A DNA stretch of 64,000 nucleotides from Glycera tridactyla (Eukaryota): the NCBI GenBank assembly GCA_965644265.1, contig OZ286462.1, positions 31,620,001 through 31,684,000 of the forward strand, given 5' to 3'. Positions 26,086-38,558 of this stretch are shown here, piece after piece (the first letter of the stretch is position 1; each line of letters begins with the position of its first letter). A program made the translations under genes and the position numbers. The notes beneath the pieces are model-generated. The model searched no databases, had not been told where the DNA came from, and saw only the letters and a program-made list of their open reading frames with translations.

Positions 26086-28116
26086 CAGGGCGCGAAGACA
26101 TCACCTCCTGAACGCTGGCGGTGAGAAAGAAGCCAATAGATTCCTGTCACAATCTCCAGGGTTGCCAGCTGCTGGGGCTAACAAAATTCCCTGACTTTTC
26201 CCTGACTTCCTAACAGTTTTCCAGTCTCTTCAAATTGGATTTTTTATCGGCCTTCATAACCTCCGCTTCAGCCGTCCAATCCATCCATCTATATTTTTAT
26301 TCATTTAAAACAGTTACATGTTTATGAATAACTTATTATTAAAGAACAATACAAATCATACAAAAAATAGCAATGTCATTCCGTCTTAGGGTTAAAATGC
26401 ACTTTTACCCATCGAATGTTGTTGAGTATAACAGACTCGTATCATGGCACACCTTTCTGAAATATCTAAATCCAATTTGAAGAGACTGGAACACATTTCA
26501 CTGATTATGCAGCTAGATAACCAAGGAAATTGTTATTCAGAATTATGATGGAACATATACTATTATGTAAACAATACAGTGATTGATCCCATCACCCAGG
26601 ATCCAGCTATCAAACCACATACAACAAAGTTTGGCATGAACTGGTGAAAGATTCCTCTTTTCAATGCAACAACACTGTTCATCTCAAGAATGTTGCAGAT
26701 TACATGGTGTGCACATAGCACATGAGCGAGTTCCATGGCATCCAATTTCACTGTCAAAGCTTCATGTTTTTAAATACTCTCATAGAGAATTTGGCCATTT
26801 TATATCCATATGCAAGGTATTAGACTTTCACAATAAAAACAGAAATAGAATACTGGAACTGTCATCAAATCAACAGCAACACTAGAGATGCAGAAAGAAA
26901 TCATATTTCATCAAGAAACTGATACTCTCGTGAGAGTCTCTACTTTGGGAATCTATTTCCAAGAACCTGACTTGTCTGAAATAATCTAAGATGAACCCAG
27001 AGGCAAGAACCCCCAATGAGAGCAAACCCTGATGGGAGATCACTTTTGCATATAATCAACTCAATTTGACATAATCAAATATCCCTCAAATGAGAGACTC
27101 CGATTTGCAGGCTTCACCCAAATTCACTATACAATATATTCTGACAATACATATATTTTTTAAGGGGTTAATCTCGGGACTTACACTGAAAAGTATTTAT
27201 TCCTTGTGACTGCAACAAAATTTCAAACTTTCACATTAATTATCTTGGAACATGAATAACTAATACCGCTATAGAAACAATCTGAAAAATGGCAGAGATT
27301 TTGGCACTTGCAAGTTTCAAGTTATACCCACCATCAAAGGTACCATTTAATGGTCAGAAAACATTACGGTAATGATCGCCCACCCCCTGTCTCCACTGAG
27401 CGATGATTCTAATAAACGCCCAGGGCGATTATTACGTCATTTACGGTATATGGAAAATAATTTGAACAGGGGATCAACAATTTTTCAGAGCTCTGTAAAG
27501 GATTGCAGATTTGAAAAAAAGCCAGCAGGACCAAAAGGCAGATAATATTGGCATGTGGTCACTGTAAAAGAGGCTGTGGAGAGACATTTACGAAGATTGT
27601 GTGAGATTTCTATTCCATATAATGTTTTCTCACTAGTTGATTGGCTGGTAGCTCTGGAGGCAAGGGGTGCCGAGCCCTTTCAACCTGGTAATCAGCAACG
27701 GTCGCCATAGCTATTTAAAATTCCCTGACTTTTCCCTGACTTTCAAGCCCATGAGATTTTTCCCTGACTTTTTATCAAATTCCCTGACTTTTCCCTGACC
27801 TGGAAAAATTTTACTTTTCCCTGACTTTTCCCTGACCGCTGGCAACCCTGATCTCTGATTGGCCAAATCGCGGCAAAATCCGCCAATCAGCGACCTGCAT
27901 CCATTGGGCTCACGGCTCGCCGATGTCAACAATGTGCGGAAAAGATGATTTTTGGGGATCTGCACAGGTTTCGGAACCATGTGGAAGCCGATCTAACAAA
28001 TGAATTTATCCCGGTGACATTCGTGTACGGACGGGTTGTTTTTCGACGGGGGCGGGTGATTTTGAATTTCACCCGCCCATCGGGTGGGTGGATTTTTTCA
28101 ATGACTTCGCACCCTG
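26086..28116. mobile_element. Family A copy with a 5-bp TSD, hosting a nested element
   Basis: Ends cagggcgcgaagacatc and atgacttcgcaccctg. ATACA on both flanks. Right arm matches 19925-20237. Confidence 0.82.
26157..27850. mobile_element. 1.7-kb hAT-like element family B with a 5-bp TSD
   Basis: 13-bp TIR cagggttgccagc, ATCTC duplicated, subterminal ttttccctgac repeats at both ends. No clear transposase ORF. Confidence 0.87.
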
Positions 28117-29022
28117 ATACATATAAAACTCAGACTCTAAGTCAAATCTGAGTTAAGGAACCACCCCAGGGAAACCAAAGATTGTTGCTTGAGGCAGGTT
28201 CTACTGAATGAGCATCATTCATAAGAATGAGCTTTTTCCTATAGTAACTGGAAATACAGGGCCAACCTGAGAGTTCACCTAAACTTCAGAGAATCAGATA
28301 GAGTGGTGATTCTTGGCTGGACAGCTCCTAACACTAATGCCACCCATTAGCTAGTAAGTGGGGGATTAACAAATTCATCCAGCATGCTCATCACTGCCTG
28401 GGTCTGCATGAGCCAAACATGGTCCCCCTACTGAGGAGTTAGCAAGCACCTGAATAAATACAGTGATACCTGTGATGAGACTGTCCAAAATATCACTGAA
28501 AAGTGGTCTCTCAAAAGAAGTGATCTCTCATCAAAAGTATATTTGACTACCGGTATGTCAAATACAAAAGCTGCTTAGGAAGAGATTATTTAACCAATTG
28601 TCAACTCACTTTGATTTGAAGCACTAGAGAGAGCTGGATTACGGTGAATCCAGAGGTCCACACTAAGGGCTGCCCTACCAGATTTGTTGTTAGGACAGGT
28701 GATTTTATGAGTCTGCCTGCCCAATGGGCAGGTAACAGACCATTTTGGTCAATGATTATAAGCTAGAGGGCAGGTTAAAATCACAGGGAGGACTGGTGAA
28801 CACCATGCTTGACCTGCCAAAAGAACAGCTGAAGAGAAAAATTAAAGTAGAGCCCTAGGACAACACCCGAAGCAGGCCAATGGCTAGCAGATACTGTTCA
28901 GTAACCCAGGTGGCTAATGGTGAAATTCAATTTTCCTTTCAAGTACATACTGGCCACCAGAGCATACTTCTATCCAAAACATGGCTATGTGAAAAAGTTC
29001 CAATAGCAATGGATAACCAATA

Positions 29023-29197
29023 CAGTAAAACCTGCTATAGTGTAATCCTGTCCACAGTGAAATCCTGTCTACAGTGAAAAGAAAAATCTGGCCCAAACAT
29101 TTTTTTTCACTATAATTGACCTGTATATAGTGAAATCCTGTCTACAGTGAAGAGAAAAATCTGGCCCGTGACTTTTCACTATAGACAGGTTTTACAG
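29023..29197. mobile_element. Tc1/mariner-type MITE; second copy at 45812-45986
   Basis: TA|cagtaaaacctgct...acaggttttacag|TA with an internally duplicated tgaaatcctgtctacagtgaa. Confidence 0.85.
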
Positions 29198-30907
29198 TAT
29201 TATCATACACACAATATTCTCATTATGCCTCACCAGCATTTACAAAAAGTTTTCTGACTTGTCAGACATAAATTTCCCTAGTGTCTGCCAATTGCTTGTT
29301 TCAGTCAAACATTCAAAGTTACTGTTGACTGAATTTAATTCATCATCTCGACTGATTATTAGATCAAGTCTGACAACTGAGAATTTTCCTCTGACATGTC
29401 AGAGAATGTTTTCATGAACACTGCATCAACCATATTTTGCCAATGACCTGCCCAACTCTGCTGTGGTTGTGTGCAGTTCTGCTGGTGTGGTGTTACCTTT
29501 TTCTCATAAAAAAATCTGGGATTGGGGATTCATCAGTCAACATTCAAACTCAAGAATCATGCTTTGAATGAGAATATGTAATGCATGTACATGTAATTAC
29601 TGCAGTGATTCCAATATATGTATCTAGTGCAATCATTTTGGCTGCATTTTGGGCCAGTATAATTGCAAAATGAACGAGGGAAAATTCAAACCCATGGTGG
29701 CACATACATACGGCCTCTGTGTATACAACAGCTGGCACCTACATTGCCACACCTCTCAACAGATTTGCAAATTTCAATATTTCATCAAGTCGTTTCAAGC
29801 TGCCTCGCCAAACCCGAACTGCTGCAGTATTCAACCCCAGATGATCAAGCTACTGGTATCATCCTAATAGATCACTGCAATTATATCAGTACACTAGCTA
29901 ACTTAGTACAGTGACAGGAGACTCCTCCAACATGAGATCCCTTTTTATGGAAGCTTCCGTATTTGACAAAGTCAAATATACCTCCAATGAGAGTGCACCT
30001 CTTTTGATAGACTGTTTTTGGTGACATTTAGGGCAGTCTCTGGTCTCAGATTTCACTGTATAGTTCTGATTCCAAATGGATAAATGGGGTAGGAATATAG
30101 AGATGCCTGAGTCTCCTAATGCGACCGAAAGGCAATCTGGGTCACCTCAGAACTGACAGCAGGATGACATTCCACAGAAAATCAGCATAAAAATCGATAG
30201 CTATAATGCCTGATATTACTCACAAAATGATTCAATTATTACCAAATTATGGACTATCTGATTTTCTCTGCAGCCATATCTCACAACAATGGACCATATT
30301 TTCGACTACAATTATCAGCAAAAAGAAATACGAGCCTGTTGACACATAGTAGAAGATATTGGCGGGGTGAAAGGGTAAAAATGTGGGCTAGGAGCCCAGG
30401 TGCAGCAACAATCTGAAGGTCTGTACCTGAAGTTTAGGTTTTCCATATTCCTTCCCTGACATCCACCAGTATCATGGATTAAGCATAGATAACCCATTCT
30501 GCGGATGGGCCATAGGGATGGAACAGTTGAGTAAATTTCGGGCTGTTCCAGAAACACAACCTCGTCCAATCAGGTGTGCAAAAAATGTGATGCACAGCAG
30601 TAAATTTGGCAGATTCTGATGATGGAAGAAGACAGCAAACAAATACAGGCTCGTGACCTTGCTTCCGCCCCCTCAAAACACACTTTGCCAAAACTGACAC
30701 CCATCCATCACCCCAACTTCTCTTTCTTATATCACCTGGGCTTGAAAATGGCACACTCCAACCATGAAGAGTCTGGGGTGCCTAACCAAGAGGTTGTGAG
30801 TTCATCGTCTACAGGAGACTAATAAATTGGGCTTTGGGATTAGACACATTTCTTGAACCTTTGCATCTCGTCAATGACATGATAGAAAGTAATAAATATT
30901 TATAATA

Positions 30908-31084
30908 CAGTGAAACCTGTCTTGGGAGACCCCTCTTTTGGGAGACTGCCCTCTAATGGGAGACCACTCTTTATCGGCTCTTTTCTATTTGACATAGTCA
31001 AATATACCTCCAATGAGAGACCACCTGTCGTGAGAGACCACTTTTCGTTGACGTTTGGGGTGGTCTCCCAAGACAGTTTTACTG
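30908..31084. mobile_element. Tc1/mariner-type MITE (copies at 36429-36605 and 51122-51299; inverted relatives near 8690, 11100, 28460 and 43129-43305)
   Basis: TA|cagtgaaacctgtcttgggagacc...ggtctcccaagacagttttactg|TA. Confidence 0.88.
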
Positions 31085-31471
31085 TATATGCATGGCAGTG
31101 TCCTTGGTGTTACGTCACAACCTGGTCATTTGTACTGAACATAATTCTACAGTTTCACTTCCCTTCGAGACTGGACCTCTGAATGTGAACCACCTGTTTT
31201 GAGCGAATAATTTTCTCAGATGTTAGAGGCAGTCAACCAGTTTCACGGTGATATGCATGTGCAGGGAACTGAATGGGCATATTTATATTTGTATTTGATA
31301 TGACCGACAACAATAACACGAGGAAGTGCAGCACGATCATTGGCCATGCTCCAAATCAGTGAATGCCAGGCATGGGGAACACTTCATGACAAACACAGAA
31401 ACCGTATAATAATCAGTTCACAGGGAATATGACCACTCTAACTGTTAGCATCTATCCCAGTTCCATGACAC

Positions 31472-31616
31472 CAATGGCAGATCCAGGGGTTGGCACAAGG
31501 CGCCCATGCCCCTTTCAGCCTGACCACAACTTTTAAACTACCAACAATTCTTACAGTCCATAGCCCCCTGAGAACACTTGGTGTCCCCCTTTCTGATATC
31601 TTTGGATCCGCCACTG
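31472..31616. mobile_element. Short TIR element (ca[ag]tggc[ag]gatcca ends); duplicate near 36993-37137
   Basis: caatggcagatcca...tggatccgccactg. Flanks GACAC and GATAC. Confidence 0.6.
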
Positions 31617-32793
31617 GATACAGTGCCTGGTGAAGAGACTGGGGACATTTTCAACATTGAAATAGGAGCAGGAGGAGCGGGCGGGGGGGGGGGGGGCAGG
31701 TGACATTCACATAGAAGCCTGAGTACTGCCAAGATTATTATCTGTGCTGGCAATCATGAGATTAGAGATTTGATTGGCATCATTATCCAGTTCCATTCTT
31801 TAAGCCAATTAAGAGCATACCTGGCTGGTGATTGTGTTTATATCCAATGACTGGCTGAATTACATGTAAATGTGACCATCAATCAAGTATCACAAATATT
31901 CATGAACAATGTAATCTAAGCTCTTATGCATGACTACTGTATTTATATTGGATGCCAATGAATTCACTCATGCAATCATTTTCACTGTGAGTTTGATATT
32001 TATTGGTTTATTTATTCCGCAGTCTCATGAAGGACTCCCGAAATACTTGTCAAAGTGAGATGGAGTGTACAGATGTCGCTGTTGATTTGACCAGCATTCG
32101 GCCAATATTCATCATATTTTTGTATTTTATTCTTCGATACAAGGCAAATAGAACCTGAGGAATACATTTATTGAAAGTTTTCTGTTTCTTCTCCAATAAT
32201 TAGGGAGAATATGGTAGCTTCAATGACACCAATTCCACTAAGATCGATGCATCACCTAGATACTGATAGATAGGAGATGATCCCCACTGCCATGGGTTGA
32301 TACATGTGGTTGAAGCCCAACCAACCATCTCTACTTTGTAATGTGTCAGCCAGATTGGTGAGTGAGTGCAAGACTTGGCATGATGACAACAGCAACAGCC
32401 ACTCTCTCACTGATCTCCCTCCTGCTGGCCACAAGCTCGGCTTATCTCACAAAACAAAACAAAAACGGCTCCTCTATCTCTTCCTGGCAGCCTGGTGTAT
32501 TCACAGCAAGTGCTGCCAGTGTCACCCAGTTTGGTGGTCTCTCTCTCACTCTGTCTCTGTCTCTGTCTCTCTCCTGCCAGCATTCCATAGTGATCAATAG
32601 AATGACATGCAATACCTAACTCACCTTCAGAGGGTGCATTTGAGNNNNNNNNNNNNNNNNNNNNNNNNNNNNNNNNNNNNNNNNNNNNNNNNNNNNNNNN
32701 NNNNNNNNNNNNNNNNNNNNNNNNNNNNNNNNNNNNNNNNNNNNNNNNNNNNNNNNNNNNNNNNNNNNNNNNACTGAGCTCTCCTTTTTGTGA

Positions 32794-32985
32794 GGTGCCT
32801 TGGTGGGGTAGTGGGTAAGGAGCACTGGCAGTGTGTTGCTGGCGATGGGTGCCTTACTCAAAGGTTGTGAGTTCAAACCCCGTATGAAACCCAAAAATTC
32901 AGCTTGGTCATTTGACACATTTCATGGACCTCTTACCCGTGCATCATGTCACTGACATGAAATTAATCAAGAAAGTGTGTGTGTG

Positions 32986-33030
<45 letters not shown>
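32794..33030 (+). mobile_element. tRNA-derived SINE with a (GT)n tail; duplicate at 38308-38558
   Basis: A-box-like tggggtagtgg, B box gttcaaacc, body catttgacacatttcatggacc shared with other copies. Confidence 0.75.
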
Positions 33031-34248
33031 ATGCACATTTGGGGATCGTAGGTTCAACCTCCATAAGAAACTGAAATATTGAGTAGGAAATATTGGGTTT
33101 GGACATTTGATGGTCCTTTCATGGATCTGTTGTCTGTGCATGATGTCACTGAGTTCTGAAGCTGTAAGCCATTTGCGTTCATTAAGTTGGCAGGGTTCCT
33201 GTATAAGAATGCATTGTTAGGTCAAGACGAAGTCAGTCATTTAGTGTTTCAGTGTACAATTCACACATACCAGCTGCTCTATCGGATATACAGTGGAACC
33301 TGCTAGAGAGACCACCTCTCTATATGGGCCAGCTGCCTATAAAAGCCACCCTGAGATGCAACTGTGATAGTTTTCTCAACAGGAAATGACCTGTTATGTA
33401 CCCTCTCTGCTCTAAAGGCCACCTATCTGCGAAGGCCACTTTTCAAAGTGATCTAGGGTAGCCTATATAGACAGATTCTATTGGTTGGTTTTGTTGGTGT
33501 TTATTTTCTCTTCTGGCAAAGCAGGTCATCTTGGCTACTGTCTTACGCTTTGAACATGATATCAGTTCCGCTCACACAACCTTCAGTTGGCTTGCGAGTT
33601 GCTACAGACTACAGTATCCAGTGATGATTGTTGCACTGGCTGGCTGGTCCCTCATCTCCATATCATTGGCAAAATTAACTGACAGGGCTTAACACTGGGA
33701 GTTGTCCTTTTGCTCCCTCCCCCTCCCGTACCGGCAAGGGAAACCCCTCATTTACATAGTTTATGCAAGTCATTCAATCTTCAGAGGACCCCATTTATGA
33801 GGAAACTTCAAATTGAGCATCTCAATTTCAGTTTTTCTTCAGCAACTCTGGCATTCTAAATGGTGACTGTGGCCTTCTGCATGCAAACAAGCTGAGTCCC
33901 AGAAAAGTTGGAGAAATATGTCTACTGGCAAGAGTGCATAGTCAAATTCACCATGTTTGGCTTTACAAACATCTACCACCTACCAATGAGATGGGTCTGC
34001 ATTTCTTATTTGAATATCATCATCAATTCTAGCCTCATCATTTTTCATACTAAGCCATATACATAATGGCATTGCCATTATGATGAGTGACCTACAACCT
34101 CTGAGTAAGGCACCCAAAGCAAAACACAATGCCAGCACTCCTAACCACTACACCACAGAGTCATCCCACTAAGATGTGAGTGCAGTGAGAAGGTATGAGG
34201 CTAGCACTGACAATGCATCACCCCAAGCTGTCATAGAACTGGCACTTT

Positions 34249-34446
34249 ACACACACACATTTTTTTAGTGATAGAAATCATGTCAGAGACATATTTCCAG
34301 ATTGTACTGGCAACAGGTCCATGAAATGTGTTCCAAATGCCCAAATTATTTTTTGGCTTGTATGGGATTTGAACCATCAACCTTCCAGTTTGGCACCCTC
34401 GCCAGCAACAAACTGCCAACGCTCTTGTCTGCCCCACGGCAGATCC
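34249..34446 (-). mobile_element. Second subfamily of the same SINE; duplicate near 39777-39976
   Basis: Reverse complement: gccgtggggcag...gcagtttgttgctggcgagggtgcc...ggttcaaatccc...acacatttcatggacc...aaaaaaatgtgtgtg. Confidence 0.75.
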
Positions 34447-34868
34447 ACAAAAATGGATCTGCAATGGAGGCAGTTAAGCCAGAGCGCTGGGAGTGTGTTA
34501 CCCCCAGAGGTCAATGTATCACGAAACCTGTCACACACATTTTTTTCCGTCGGAGACGGTACTGTTTTCACTCTGGGATTCCCTCTCAATGTAGACGATA
34601 AAATCGCCCAGCTTTGTGGAGGACTCCGTAGAGAAACGTGAGAAAGTCGGGGATAGTAGACATTGATAGCCGACAAGTTCCGAGTGCGACCCTTTGTAAA
34701 AGATGCTTTTGGAATCATCAGAATTAGATCGGCCTTGCCTGAAAAATATGCGATTTGTGTGAGAAACTTTACTTATTACGTGAAATACGAAGAAATCTGG
34801 ATAATATCGATAAATAACTGCGTGTGAACGTTTGAAACGAAAAATATGACGGAGAAAGCGACACTTAC

Positions 34869-35035
34869 GGATAGAGAGCGCGGAATTTCTCGGGGAAGCC
34901 CTTCCGGTGACGTCATTATATCGATATGCAAATGAGGCGGCGATCCATCCTATAATAGTTTATAAATAATTTATATCTGTCGCGTTCACTGATTGGCCAA
35001 ATTGTCGGAATCGCGGCGAAATCGACCAATCAGCG
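34869..35035 (-). promoter_or_regulatory. Candidate CpG-island promoter, possibly of STIM
   Basis: Adjacent ETS (cttccgg 34901-34907) and CRE (tgacgtca 34908-34915), octamer atgcaaat 34926-34933, and opposed CCAAT boxes at 34992 and 35026. Followed on the minus strand by a gtaagt donor (34863-34868) and a tttttcag acceptor (34739-34740), a 130-bp intron candidate. The link to STIM is inference. Confidence 0.4.
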
Positions 35036-35404
35036 ACCTGCTTTCATAGGGCTCTCGTCGCGAGATGTCAACAACGTGCGCAGAAGACGATTTTAGAGCG
35101 TCTGCGCAGGTTTCGGAACCACGAGGAAGCCGATCTCACGAATGAAACAAGAAGGCCAAACCTAACATGGCGCGCTTGACATCTCCACTGTTTCTGGCGA
35201 ATATTCGTCGGATTCTCGGAATTTATACATGGGAGTATATACAATCGGATATCCGTGATTTAATCGTGTAAACGTTATCACCGTGAGTTCAATATTTCCA
35301 TGAGAATTTTGCTGTGAAAGGCGATGTATGGATTCGCGGAACCGGACCTGTCTAGCATTCTAGTTGTCAACTGGTCAAAGCCGGCCGGCTTCACATGACG
35401 ACAA

Positions 35405-36327
35405 ATACGTTTAATGGCGAAATGCAGAGGAATCACTTCGAGCTAGGTAGCGTGGGCCGAGATTTCGATGTTTTCTTTCGTTATATATGTAGTTTGAGAG
35501 TTGACACTCTGTCTATTTCTTCGTTGGAGGCGAATTCCGTCATCATATGATTCGATTGTAGAAATACCAAGATGGCGATCGCGAGTTTCTTCATGCTGCT
35601 TTACAAGTCGAAAGATACGTTTTATGGCGAGATGAGGAGGAATCACTTCGAGCTAGTTCACGTGGGGCAAGATTTCGATGTTTTCTTTCGTTATATACGC
35701 AGTTTGAGAGTTGACAATCTGTCTATTTCTTTGTTGGAGGCGAATTCCGTCATCATATGATTCGATTGTAGAAATACCAAGATGGCGATCGCGAGTTTCT
35801 TCATGCTGCTTTACAATTCGAAAAATACGTTTTATGGCGAAATGAGGAGGAATCACTTCGAGCTAGTTCACGTGGGGCAAGATTTCGATGTTTTCTTTCG
35901 TTATATACGCAGTTTGAGAGGTGATAACCAGTCTATTTCTTTGTTGGAGGCGAATTCCGTCATCATATGATTCGATTGTAGAAATACCAAGATGGCGAGT
36001 TTCTCCATGCTGCTTTACAAGTCGAAAAATACGTTTTATGGCGAGATGAGGAGGAATCACTTCGAGCTAGTTCACGTGGGGCAAGATTTCAATGTTTTCT
36101 TTCGTTAAATACGCAGTTTGAGAGGTGATAACCAGTCTATTTCTTTGTTGGAGGCGAATTCCGTCATCATATGATTTGATTGTAGAAATACCAAGATAGC
36201 GATCGCGAGTTTCTTCATGCTGCTTTACAAGTCGAAAAATACGTTTTATGGCGAAATGAGGAGGAATCACTTCGAGCTAGTTCACTTGGGGCGAGATTTC
36301 GATGTTTTCTTTCATTATATACGCAGT
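35405..36327. repeat. Tandem array of 210-bp CpG-rich units (about 4.4 copies, one unit 204 bp)
   Basis: Unit starts recur at 210, 210 and 204 bp spacing. Each unit has aagatggcg (35569, 35779, 35989; mutated in the fourth). Confidence 0.95.
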
Positions 36328-38187
36328 CTCTACAGGAGACTAATAAATTGGGCTTTGGGATTAGACACATTTCTTGAACCTTTGCATCTCGTCAATGACA
36401 TGATAGAAAGTAATAAATATTTATAATACAGTGAAACCTGTCTTGGGAGACCCCTCTTTTGGGAGACTGCCCTCTAATGGGAGACCACTCTTTATCGGCT
36501 CTTTTCTATTTGACATAGTCAAATATACCTCCAATGAGAGACCACCTGTCGTGAGAGACCACTTTTCGTTGACGTTTGGGGTGGTCTCCCAAGACAGTTT
36601 TACTGTATATGCATGGCAGTGTCCTTGGTGTTACGTCACAACCTGGTCATTTGTACTGAACATAATTCTACAGTTTCACTTCCCCTCGAGACTGGACCTC
36701 TGAATGTGAACCACCTGTTTTGAGCGAATAATTTTCTCAGATGTTAGAGGCAGTCAACCAGTTTCACGGTGATATGCATGTGTAGGGAACTGAATGGGCA
36801 TATTTATATTTGTATTTGATATGACCGACAACAATAACACGAGGAAGTGCAGCACGATCATTGGCCATGCTCCAAATCAGTGAATGCCAGGCATGGGGAA
36901 CACTTCATGACAAACACAGAAACCGTATAATAATCAGTTCACAGGGAATATGACCACTCTAACTGTTAGCATCTATCCCAGTTCCATGACACCAATGGCA
37001 GATCCAGGGGTTGGCACAAGGCGCCCATGCCCCTTTCAGCCTGACCACAACTTTTAAACTACCAACAATTCTTACAGTCCATAGCCCCCTGAGCACACTT
37101 GGTGTCCCCCTTTCTGATATCTTTGGATCCGCCACTGGATACAGTGCCTGGTGAAGAGACTGGGGACATTTTCAACATTGAAATAGGAGCAGGAGGAGCG
37201 GGCGGTGGGGGGGGGGGGGGGGCAGGTGACATTCACATAGAAGCCTGAGTACTGCCAAGATTATTATCTGTGCTGGCAATCATGAGATTAGAGATTTGAT
37301 TGGCATCATTATCCAGTTCCATTCTTTAAGCCAATTAAGAGCATACCTGGCTGGTGATTGTGTTTATATCCAATGACTGGCTGAATTACATGTAAATGTG
37401 ACCATCAATCAAGTATCACAAATATTCATGAACAATGTAATCTAAGCTCTTATGCATGACTACTGTATTTATATTGGATGCCAATGAATTCACTCATGCA
37501 ATCATTTTCACTGTGAGTTTGATATTTATTGGTTTATTTATTCCGCAGTCTCATGAAGGACTCCCGAAATACTTGTCAAAGTGAGATGGAGTGTACAGAT
37601 GTCGCTGTTGATTTGACCAGCATTCGGCCAATATTCATCATATTTTTGTATTTTATTCTTCGATACAAGGCAAATAGAACCTGAGGAATACATTTATTGA
37701 AAGTTTTCTGTTTCTTCTCCAATAATTAGGGAGAATATGGTAGCTTCAATGACACCAATTCCACTAAGATCGATGCATCACCTAGATACTGATAGATAGG
37801 AGATGATCCCCACTGCCATGGGTTGATACATGTGGTTGAAGCCCAACCAACCATCTCTACTTTGTAATGTGTCAGCCAGATTGGTGAGTGAGTGCAAGAC
37901 TTGGCATGATGACAACAGCAACAGCCACTCTCTCACTGATCTCCCTCCTGCTGGCCACAAGCTCGGCTTATCTCACAAAACAAAACAAAAACGGCTCCTC
38001 TATCTCTTCCTGGCAGCCTGGTGTATTCACAGCAAGTGCTGCCAGTGTCACCCAGTTTGGTGGTCTCTCTCTCACTCTGTCTCTGTCTCTGTCTCTCTCC
38101 TGCCAGCATTCCATAGTGATCAATAGAATGACATGCAATACCTAACTCACCTTCAGAGGGTGCATTTGAGTGTGGGTGTGGGGGGGC

Positions 38188-38249
<62 letters not shown>

Positions 38250-38499
38250 TGTGCGTGCATGCGTGTGTGTGTACTCATAGCTGCTCACTGAGCTCTCCTT
38301 TTTGTGAGGTGCCTTGGTGGGGTAGTGGGTAAGGAGCACTGGCAGTGTGTTGCTGGCGATGGGTGCCTTACTCAAAGGTTGTGAGTTCAAACCCCGTATG
38401 AAACCCAAAAATTCAGCTTGGTCATTTGACACATTTCATGGACCTCTTACCCGTGCATCATGTCACTGACATGAAATTAATCAAGAAAGTGTGTGTGTG

Positions 38500-38558
<59 letters not shown>

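Noticed and set aside
26563-26757. CxxH (LCAHH) inside family B as a possible hAT transposase remnant
   Set aside because: A four-residue motif with no DDE context or extended similarity.
30910-31182. Recurring MKPVLGDPSFGR... ORFs (also at 36431 and 51043)
   Set aside because: Chance frames through MITE copies.
32362-32619. Plus-strand ORF with a signal-peptide-like start (MMTTATATLSLISLLLATSSA), duplicated at 37888
   Set aside because: Wrong strand for STIM, runs into a CT microsatellite, has no convincing donor, and has no partner exons.
32794-32885. tRNA gene
   Set aside because: No closed acceptor stem or normal anticodon loop. It continues into a shared body and (GT)n tail, so it is a SINE head.
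34926-35300. snRNA gene suggested by the octamer motif
   Set aside because: No U-snRNA sequence recognisable on either side.
35405-36327. CRISPR-like array
   Set aside because: Whole units are repeated with no unique spacers, the context is eukaryotic, and there are no cas genes.
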